A stretch of DNA of 64,000 nucleotides from Phoronis australis (lineage: Eukaryota > Animalia > Phoronida), in the NCBI GenBank assembly GCA_002633005.1, contig NMRA01000528.1, positions 188,535-252,534 of the forward strand, written 5' to 3'. The notes beneath the pieces were generated by a model, which was given only the letters and a program-made list of their open reading frames with translations, was not told the DNA's origin and did no database searches. Within the stretch, counting starts at the first letter, position 1, and each line of letters begins with the position of its first letter. Shown here in pieces: positions 54,790-64,000 of the stretch. The position numbers were made by a program, and so were the translations under genes.

Positions 54790-55570
54790 AGAACGCAAAA
54801 TATATCGTGGCAATCGCAATCCCGACTTAGACGACTGCTCATCCGACAAAGACTTCACAGGTCGATCGTTAGGTTTCACAGTAATACGGTTATCAAGAAA
54901 CAAAAGGGAGCCTGCGTGAACGTGCACAGACAACGAAACGTATGGATAGTTCCGAAAACCGTTTGAATGACTTGTCATGGTGTCAGTGAGCTAACTGCAC
55001 GATAATGGAAACGATAGACGCTTGCGTTAGCTGCCACGAAATTCCGCAAGTGAAACGCCATCTTGGAGAAGCGCAGAATGATGTGTCTCACTGACCATCC
55101 CGATTTTGCACCGCAGCATCTTAACAGAGGTGTGCTTACGACGTTTTTTAGGGCAGAGAAAAAGAACTGGCGAAAACATCCTACATGTACACCCAGAGGA
55201 CCAAACAGAAACCTAACGAACGAGACAGTCATCAAACAGGTTACATCAAACTTATGTTCTCACCCCTTGAATTAATTGCAATTGTTAATGTTTTCATGGC
55301 CAACTCAACTGAACTCTCCATAATCAAAAGCTGATCAACAACCGCGTCCGACAAAATGCAGGCCACTGACAGCCACGGAGAAGTTTCACGGCCTCATACT
55401 TGGTATTAACGGCGTACTTTTCGGTCTTCACTACCGCAAGACACTTCCAGAGCCTTATGGGCTCTCGAGGAAATCGAAAAAAGATACATGTATACCAGCT
55501 TTCCTCGCAGCTTCATACATGTAGTTCGCACAACCGGGACCGATACACCACACCATGGCGGGTAGCATTC
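54790..55570 (+). pseudogene. KolX / P2X7 cytoplasmic-ballast (Zn-Cys) domain pseudogene
   Basis: From 54960: RLNDLSWCQ*ANCTIMETIDACVSCHEI (TGA at 54987 replaces a Cys), frameshift, then CLTDHPDFAPQHLNRGVL. A later fragment reads AYFS...MGSRGNRKK. These match the WCxCxxC...CxCCxE, CITxHPxF and GxGNR motifs of this family. Confidence 0.75.
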
Positions 55571-55935
55571 TCCTATAAGTTCAACCAACTTAACTTTCCC
55601 AGGCTTTTCTCAGTTCTATTCTCATCCTCTAGTACCTCATGGTATATTCCCTTATTTTCAATTAACTATTTCGCATTTGTATTTTTTACCAAGATAGTTA
55701 CATCCTTTAATACAGGCATTTCTAGTTATTTCTAATTGATCACAGATTCTTGGTGTTCAAAACATCGACGCGTGTTAATTCACAAAACAAAAAGAACCAC
55801 ATTATACTTTCAAGGAGAATTTCACACGGAGGTCTTCTGTTTGTTACCAAAAGGGCTTGAAATGACCAATATAAACCTTTTTGTGTGTATTAAGTTAAAA
55901 TAATAATAAAAAAGAGACGAATAAAGAGGAAACTT

Positions 55936-56022
55936 ATTCATTTTATTTATTTATTATTGTGATATTTAAAATGAGGGTGGCCTCTTCAGTGATAGCACTG
56001 CTTTCCAAGAGGGCCCTCAACA
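55936..56022 (-). mobile_element. 87-bp 3'-end-only copy of the same LINE
   Basis: About 78 nt identical by eye to 42716-42794 (tatttattattgtgatatttaaaatgagggtggcctcttcagtgatagcactgctttccaagagggccctcaaca). Flanked by GAAACTT at 55929-55935 and 56023-56029. Confidence 0.9.
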
Positions 56023-56774
56023 GAAACTTTAAATCAAATAAGAGGAAATCGAAACCAAAAGAGAGGAAATCCTCTTAAAAGAGAAAGAATCCTAGCTCTG
56101 TTATTTGAAGGCCGCTCGCTGATCTATGAGCATACAACATCGCTTAAGAGTTCATGTTAAGAAGGGAAAATTTACATATTTACATGTGTATTAATAAAAT
56201 TTATTGTACATTGCAACAACAGAAAGGAATTAAAGCAATAATATGCGACCTCTCTAGGAAGGGCTTGAACTAACACGAATGCAAAATTTATTTTTCAGCA
56301 ACGTCAGAAATAACATCACTCTAAAGTAACGCGTTATCAATTTTGACATAGGTTAAACTCCGATCAAATGATTTTACTGCGGCTTCTTGAACGCAACGAA
56401 ATCAAGATCGTGCGCAATTTATCGAGTCTGGTTTTCAACACCACACGGTTGAAGGAAGCACTGACATGATAATGCAGTAAAGAATACATGATACAAGACA
56501 CAAAATTTAATACATTATCTACTTATCTACATGCGTACATCTTCACCAGTTTCCATAAGAAAAAAATAAACAAAACACGAACACCAACTACGCAACCTTA
56601 AATAATTTGTAACTTGGCACTGGGCACAATCGCTTTGCTTTGATTTGAGTCACATCGGATTGTAGTTGATTATACGAATTGGTTTTCTTATTCCACTCGC
56701 AAACAGAGATCATTTAACTCCATACATAACGCATTGTCAATCGTAATCCCATTCTGCGACATGAACGCACGACG

Positions 56775-56971
56775 TTATGCAAACAAGAGGTGATAGATTG
56801 CAACAATAGATGTCACCACGAACCCAACTGGACCAACGACTGCATGGCTGGCTCCGTTGCACCTATCTCCAGAGCAGACGCACAGAGTACCGGAAATGCC
56901 TCCCATACTGTAATCTTGACATTTGTTTTCGCCAAAAGAAATGCCGCAGGAACGAGAAACGGCGGTTTGTC
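56775..56971 (-). CDS. Ly6/uPAR exon 3 (end of LU domain plus GPI signal)
   Basis: Acceptor atgtttcag|. Encodes GQTAVSRSCGISFGENKCQDYSMGGISGTLCVCSGDRCNGAS plus hydrophobic tail VVGPVGFVVTSIVAIYHLLFA*. Ten Cys in total with a terminal CxCxxxxCN. Minus-strand AATAAA at 56200-56205. Confidence 0.9.
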
Positions 56972-57998
56972 CTGAAACATTGCCAAGTTCATGAGCGAAT
57001 AAGGACAAGACAGCAACACATTGAGTGTTGAACAGTACCGTACTGCGGAGAGTTATTGGTCACAAATGCAGTATGTGAAATACATTTGCATATAATTTGT
57101 CTATGTCTAATTAGTGACTGCATCCATGCTGAACAATTATTCATTTGTTTTTAGACTTATTAAATTCGACAATTATACATCTTCATTCGATAACCAGGCT
57201 CCCGCCTCGACTATGTATTGACCTTATTGTCAGGAATCATGATTTATACTAAAATCACAAGCAACAAACTTTGACGTTTTATTGTTCTGGCCAAGGCTGA
57301 GACATACAAAAGTCCATCATACCCTAAAAAAACATAAAACACATATTTTTCGGCTATAAATCCTGAGCGATTGTGTCCTTCCAAGAATAGATCACCCAGG
57401 TTGGTCCCGATTGGATTTTGTAACATTATTTTACACTATATGCGCTATTTCAAGGGGGACGATTGATTAAGCCCCGAAATAAGACCTCTATGGTAGACGC
57501 CAAGATAAAAAATCACGGTCACAAATTTTGTGTTGAAATTTTTTATTTACAGGGTCCGAAAATAAGTTAACTTTCAAAACATGAATGTAATATACAGAAC
57601 TAATAACTAGCCATTCTCTCAGTGCTTGGCTAAGTCTACAGTCACAAGTTACTTTTTGTCGGAACGGGCTATTTTATTGCCCCTGTGGACAATTCGTTTA
57701 CACAGGGAGCTGTAGGTCGCACTGGCGAAACTTAAATATGCGAGCAGAAATTTTGGCCGACTCGTATTAGTCGCACTTGTGCAACTTGGGCATTCCAGCT
57801 CCCGGGATCTATGAGCGCGAGTTGAATTTCGGAATTACAAGCTGGCATTATGGCCAGGTCGCAAATAACGACCTAAAAAAATTCATAATGTCGAGGGCCG
57901 TTCCAGTATGAGACACAAAAACCTAAATACTTCTTCGGGAACAGGCACAGCAATCGTTGTTAGCAAATAACCTGGGCACCATATCGTAGCAAACGCAC

Positions 57999-58127
57999 CA
58001 TTATGGCTGGCTTTGAACTTGTAGCACGCGGTCATCATCGTAGTACATTTGTCGGTCTTGGAAGACACGAAGGGATCCGTGCAACCTTGATCATTAATTG
58101 AACTGCAGCTGTAGCACTCCAGGGCAT
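57999..58127 (-). CDS. Ly6/uPAR (three-finger, Quiver/sleepless-like) exon 2
   Basis: Acceptor ttctattttag| and donor G|GTGCGT. 129 nt encoding ALECYSCSSINDQGCTDPFVSSKTDKCTTMMTACYKFKASHN (L-x-C-Y-x-C start of an LU domain). Confidence 0.88.
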
Positions 58128-58641
58128 CTAAAATAGAACTAACAGAGATTAGCCTCGTTTTGGCCACAAGGGCTCACCGACTTCCTTATTTAGAAATTCA
58201 TGTGAGTTGACTGACCTTGATAGTTGGCGTTACTTTCGTAGCTAAAGAAGGTTCCTGAGAGTACATAAATATCATTAGTTTATTTTGTTTCGTTTTTTAT
58301 TTTTCGTATATCGACTGTTGTTACATGTATGTGATCATCTAGACGTAATTAACGATGTGCAAGTTTGCACAGATGATATTTGTGAATGGATGGCTCCTAT
58401 GATGGTCTCAATGAACAACCATTTGGCTCTCGAAAACAGCTTTGAGTTACTCCATGACGTCACTGTTACGGTCAGTCAATCAATCGTCAGAATGTACAGT
58501 AGATGAAGCCACAGGCGTCCACAGCTTCTGATCTTCCCTAGTACACTACATACAGTATAATACTACCGTCAAAATGTGCGAAGTTTGCTTGTCTTTTTAG
58601 GAACATTTTTGTGTTTTGACCGCGAATTTATTGCGACTTAC

Positions 58642-58705
58642 TGGAGCAGGACATTGTGAATGGTATTAAAAGAAAGAACAATTGCTAATTGTTTATTGAA
58701 ACCAT
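58642..58705 (-). CDS. Ly6/uPAR-like gene exon 1 (signal peptide, contains in-frame TAG)
   Basis: Minus strand reads MVSINN*QLFFLLIPFTMSCS plus A|GTAAGT donor. 64 nt, phase 1, matching exon 2. TAG at 58685-58687. Confidence 0.65.
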
Positions 58706-59753
58706 GTTTTGTGTACATTTATTGAGTTTTGTGTTTGATATAGACGGCTGAAGTGAAGCACCGGTGGAATTCCTTGTCTAGAATGCCATACCTTATTGTG
58801 TTGTATGTAGTGTATTGGGGACGATCAGAAGCTGAGGATGCCTGTAGACGAAGCCTTCTGATTTCTGCTCAGAACTATTGTATGCGACACTTGAGCAAGC
58901 ACCGTCGGCAACGACTACAACCAGTAGCAGGGGTAATTTGCATGTACTTGCATCTCGCAGAATATTTTTTACTTGCATCTCGCCGAATATTTTTAAGTAT
59001 ATTTTAGTCACTATAAACTCAGTATTCCTATGACAATACATCCATCAATTTAAATTCTTGACAAGAAATAGGTATCCATAGGTAACCACTTCCGTGAATC
59101 TGCATATTTGCAAGATAGCACAGTTGGAAATTTTAACACCAAGATAAAATACGTACTATTGAATTATCAAAAGTATCAACATAACGTAGCCTATACATGT
59201 CCATGAATAAATTTAGATAACTACAAGATGGCACATATTCATGGAAGCTTCAAGGCTCATCAAGAGTCGGAAAGAAGCGAAAGATTTTATGAAACTAAAA
59301 GGCCTAACTCGATATGCGTCTTAAGCAAGTCAAACTGAGCGAAATGCAGCATCAATGAGATTTGAGCCCGCGAGGAAGCAAAGACTGGAGATTAGACCTC
59401 CGTCAAGATACTGCAATGATAGGCGGCATAGCCATCATGGCCAACCATAGATGCACGCAGAAGTTCAGTCCACCCTGTATATATACAACCTCAGGCATCT
59501 GTTATGCGTTATGCTCCAGCTTGGACAGCTCGGCCGGACAATAACCAGTAAAGGAAGCTGTTATTCAGTGATAACCACGCTTGACCCCATTGAGCTGCAG
59601 AACTGCAGGGGTGTATTGAATAATCCAGGTTAGGTTCTTCTAGTTTCAAATCATTAGCTGACAATCCGTTAAAACACACTAAAATCTTTATTTCTCTCAT
59701 GTTCGTGTTTTCTTGATAAAACTCGTTGGGCGTTCAGTCTGTGGTTCAAGTAA

Positions 59754-59827
59754 CATGGGCAGCGCAGCAGTGAAAAAAGTGGGGGCTATAGCAACACCCC
59801 CCAGCCCCTTATGCTGCGCCGCCCATG
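59754..59827. mobile_element. 74-bp MITE with CATGGGC TIRs
   Basis: TIRs CATGGGCAGCGCAGCA and TGCTGCGCCGCCCATG. Flanks AGTAA and AGTTA. Confidence 0.75.
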
Positions 59828-60327
59828 AGTTAGCACTCCCATTGCCAGCAAAGAATTGATGATACACCAGTCTATAAGAAGAACCAATGATTATGTCCTG
59901 TGATGAGACACAAGCGTTACACCCGTATAATAGAATTAGTGGGATAGTACCAATACAGTTGCAGTCGCTTTCAGTGGAATTACACGACTGCGCAATGATA
60001 ACAGAAGAGTGATGTGACAATAATCAAGTCACGTCACGTTCTTTTTATGAAGATTTAACAAAGAAGAAAGATACATTCATAGCAAAATAACAAGTCAACA
60101 ACAAAACCAAATTGAACATGATGTAAGTGTCCAAAGGCCAGTCTCAAAAACGTTGCAGGTTTTTGAATTATCGTTTCGCTTTCGTTTAAGCAACAGCAAG
60201 GGCCTTTAGTACTAACGTCGACGGGTCGATGTTTTGAGGAGTTGCGGTCAGTATGAATGCTTAAACTCTTTTCTGGATCGAAGTTAACAGTGAATCTTAA
60301 CTTTGCGCTAAACAAGTGGATTTAACA

Positions 60328-60653
60328 GCGGAGCGTCGACGCTGCGGTGCAGTATGGTCGGTCAACTTCGGTCCCATCGAAGTTATCGCCAGGTGCCACT
60401 GCTATCGTCAACCATGAAAGCGTAATGCCGTTGCTAATACTTGCTTATATTTTGTTCGAATAATCACCAACAAAATTAACAAATTTGTTTGATGTCAATT
60501 AGCACATATAAATGTTCCAAAATTGTCACATTAAAAAAACTTAGCGTGCAGCGCTACCTTGCGATTACTTCGATGACCTACCGTCTACACGTACTTCGAT
60601 GTTCGTAACTACCGGAGCCTGTTTTAACTTCGCAGTTTACGTCGACGCTCCGC
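60328..60653. repeat. Inverted-repeat-bounded segment (probable MITE)
   Basis: Perfect 14-bp IR GCGGAGCGTCGACG and CGTCGACGCTCCGC. Confidence 0.5.
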
Positions 60654-61062
60654 CCAGACTGGAGTTAAGTCAGAATGAAAAGGCCTATAGAAATCATATT
60701 AAGCGGTTATAAAAAATACTAGCTGCGTTTTGGGAACATTGCATTAACCACAGTGTCTAAAAGATTCTATTGTTCATTACATGTTCACTTCAGATATATT
60801 TAATGTTTACTGCTCGTAAAGGCTAGACACTCAGGCGCCCAACACCAGACGGGCCTTGTTATATTGTTCAAAGGTACGTGTACCTCTATTTCAATAAATT
60901 TCGTCGTTTTTCAAATGTTTCTTTTGTTCATGGCAAAATATGAGAGGAGTTCAAATATATTGCGTTTCACCATTGTAACTGTATTTTTCTGTCTAGCCGC
61001 TTTTTCGAAACCTCTTCCTACACATGAACTTGTTTACCCGCAATGTGTCAATCAAATCATAA

Positions 61063-61590
61063 AACCCACCACTAGATTTGTCTGGCAATATTTATTCTTG
61101 ATACCTGGGCTTACGGAGAATATTTTGCAACTGGTTTCATGCGGTTACCTCTTTGGTTGATCCAGCTCAACTCAGGTATTTGGGCGTGTCTGGCGGGGCT
61201 AACCCACCACTAGGTTTGTCTGTCAGTGTTTATTCGTGATACCTTGGTTTATGGAGAATATTTTGGAAACGGTTTTTAGCGGTTACCTCTTGGGTTGAGC
61301 TAGGTCAATTTTTAACCCTATTTGCTAATAGTCTGGCAGAGACAACCCACCACTGAAATTGTCTGACAATGACCAATTTTGATACAGTGGATTACGTAGT
61401 ACATGTAAGTATCCAAGGCAGTTTGAAGTGGTTACCAGAAAAGTTGATCTAGCTCAATTTTTGAGTATCATTCTCTTAGCTCCCCTGACCACGGCACCCA
61501 CCAGAGCGAGTCTGCCGGACGACCATTTCCAAGCATCAGGATATCCATAGATCACTGTGGCACCAGAAAAAAATAGGTTACCTTTTCATG
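61063..61590 (+). repeat. Four diverged 138-151 bp tandem units
   Basis: ACCCACCA...GGTTACC units start at about 61063, 61201, 61344 and 61495. Confidence 0.8.
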
Positions 61591-62491
61591 CCCAAAAAAG
61601 CTCTGGGATCCCCGTCCATCCGTAAGATTCCCAATGGATCCCAGGTCATACTCAAAACCCTCAACTAAGATCGTGAGTTCGGGCCCTGCTAGATTTATTG
61701 ATTAAGGTTACGTGTACCTCTAATTGTTATGCGATATCTATCCTAAAATTTCTAATTAACTAGCCACTGGCAACCCATGAAAGTATATTATTTTCTGAAA
61801 GTAGAAGTCGAAACAAATTCATCTATGTCAACCACAATATTGTGCCATCTTTGTGCTCCCGTTAGTAGGCGTTTTGGGTGAAAAAAATACTGTTTTGAAA
61901 TGTACATCAATAACTGATTGATCCTTTAACCTTCATTATTAAGATTTTGGACAACAAAACTTCAGCAAATTTGCTCAAAAGTCGTGTCTAGGGTGGTGAA
62001 TAAAACGAACGGTTTTTTCTCTTAATCCGAAAAATATCCATATTTGCAATCACTTTTTCAAAAACAACGTGACTCTAAATCCTAAATCGAACATAAAAAA
62101 TCAATGAAACCTCTAATCGACATGGTTTTCGTATGGAATTGCTGTGCTGTCTGAACATTCCAACACCGAGGAAATCCATCGGCTCTTTTCGTATTTAGAT
62201 AAAACTGTTCTTGGTGGTGTTCACGCAATGGCATTTCTAAAAGTAACTCCCGACGTTATGAAAATCGCCAGGTCGCATTTTGCGATGTAATCATAATCTC
62301 AGGTCGCAATTTCAAAATGCAGCTTTCATTCATAAATGTCAGGTGGCAAAAATATCCCGCCGGAACTTTTCTTTCTACTGGAGTAGGAAATTTTACAGCA
62401 CGGTCCGGGGAGCAAAAAAATTGTCGGGGTGTATGAAGGGAAGAATAAAAAGTTCACTAACCACAATTTTGCATCTACCCGGATACGGGCA

Positions 62492-62556
62492 TAGAACATC
62501 GAGCCCAGAGAACATCGAGCACAGAGAACATCGACCCGGCGGAACATCGGAACAGG
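62492..62556 (+). repeat. 16-bp GAACATCG tandem repeat
   Basis: agaacatcgagcccag agaacatcgagcacag agaacatcgacccggc ggaacatcggaacag. Confidence 0.8.
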
Positions 62557-63787
62557 AAAATATCAGTACTGGGCTACATCAGTCCCGGGTCTTTACATGT
62601 AACACCGCTGGTAATCTCTTAGGTTTATTGCCGAATAAACCATTGGCACCCGGATGTTTATCAGAGCCAAGCCGGTCTACTCTTAATTTAGGACTGTCGC
62701 TGTTATGATTTGCAGCTTTGAAGTAGTGCGCACTTGTGAGTTCAGGCACTTGAATCGCCTACACTTTACGATGGCAACAACATGTGACTACCCATATGTC
62801 GCACACGGAGCCCCAGAAACAAGTACTAGCAAAGGGTTCGAAAATTTCTTGGTGACTCAAAAACAACTTTGCTGAAAGTAGAGGGGTGGCCATCTTTAGG
62901 CGATTAATAAGGCTTCTCATTTTCGCGTTAACTGTCTTTCCGATAACGCATATTTCCACGTCACGATAGTCTGTCACCGCTTGCGCGCAAATAACGAGAC
63001 CGACCAGTGCGACAGTCCGATATCAGTGATAGGCCTATTGTCGCGGATATTTCATAATAACGTCACATCTTACGTGAAAAATAAATACGTTTTTCTACCA
63101 CAAAGTTTGGCATGTTGATTAAGAATTAGTAAAAGACGACTGTTCTGTGAGGTTTTATCACGTGTTATGCAGGGGTAAGAAACTTTCTTCGGCGCATCCG
63201 GAAATTTGCAAAAGTAGCAGAAAATGTGCCCTGCAGCTCGTTATGTTGAGCCCTGAAATCTAACAAAACTGCAAGCTTACGTAACAGACGATCGCAAATC
63301 TAGGCTCCGTGAGCGCACGCATCGATTTCCGTTATCCGCAAAAAGATGAACGACCTTATGATTTGAATCCCGAGTACCCGGTTAACAAAACGATTTCACT
63401 GCCAGGACACACGCTAACTTAGCTCTAGTTTTTAATAATACAGCACAATCATTCCGCACTGCCCATGATGACAATCAAGTATTACCACTTGGATCATGGG
63501 AGTAATATCCAATATCCTATTTGGGTCTTTTAGTGCTACTGAGTACTGTGATAGGAGGTCTGTTCGTTCTTGATATCCAAAGTAATTGATAATAAATGGC
63601 ACGGAGATCAAGCAAATACGCATGTGCATGTGCACATGATAAGTTCAGTGGTTTTAAGAATTACGTCTATTTCATATTTTTCAAATATCAATCTCGACCA
63701 AGTTGAATTTTAAAATTAAAACACCAATTCTTTCGTCCAGAGCATAACCTCGTCTTAGAGCCCAATTTCAGTTAACTGGACAGAACA

Positions 63788-63947
63788 CAGTGGCGGATTT
63801 CCGAGGGGAGCCAAGGGGGCCATGCCCCCCCTAAAATTCTCCCAGATTCCATAATTGGCAGTTCAGGAGCGCGAATTTCTGACGGGCAAAATCTTGGCTA
63901 ATACTCTGCCTTGCCCCCCCCCAACTCAAAGTCCTGGATCTCCCCTG
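63788..63947. mobile_element. CAGTGGCGGAT-type MITE
   Basis: Ends CAGTGGCGGAT and GGATCTCCCCTG, G/C-run interior. Flanks GAACA and GAGCA (4/5). Confidence 0.7.
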
Positions 63948-64000
63948 GAGCAAGCATAGTTATCATGATTCTTCAGAGGCCTCGTTCATATCCCGGAAAG

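Noticed and set aside
57244-57426. Hydrophobic-ending ORF as the Ly6 signal exon
   Set aside because: It lies between exons 2 and 3, the wrong position, and exons 2 and 3 already join in frame.
61063-61590. Regularly spaced repeats as a CRISPR array (also 36031-36366 and 62492-62556)
   Set aside because: Whole units are homologous with no unique spacers, there are no cas genes, and the context is eukaryotic.

Overview
AT-rich, intron-containing animal genomic DNA, most likely an invertebrate deuterostome-grade draft assembly (inference; N gaps at 43502-43982 and 53809-53946). The main gene is an intact four-coding-exon Gfi1/Gfi1b (senseless/pag-3 family) transcriptional repressor on the + strand (13335-33243, 369 aa). 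It has an N-terminal SNAG motif MPRSFLVKSKK, missed by the ORF track, and six C2H2 fingers. The locus carries a cluster of its own binding consensus (AAATCACWGC), suggesting autoregulation. A three-exon Ly6/uPAR three-finger GPI-anchored gene lies on the - strand (58705-56775) with a nonsense codon in its signal-peptide exon. Between the two genes (about 41-56 kb) is a nested transposon graveyard: decayed Kolobok-like genes (THAP domain, KolX/P2X7-ballast-like Cys-rich protein, a spliced N-terminal gene), a CR1/L2-type LINE inserted into one of their exons, an 87-bp copy of that LINE's 3' stem-loop, and a solo LTR. Several MITE families, microsatellites and short tandem repeats are scattered across the window. 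No rRNA, tRNA or CRISPR features were seen. All calls were made by eye, without database searches.
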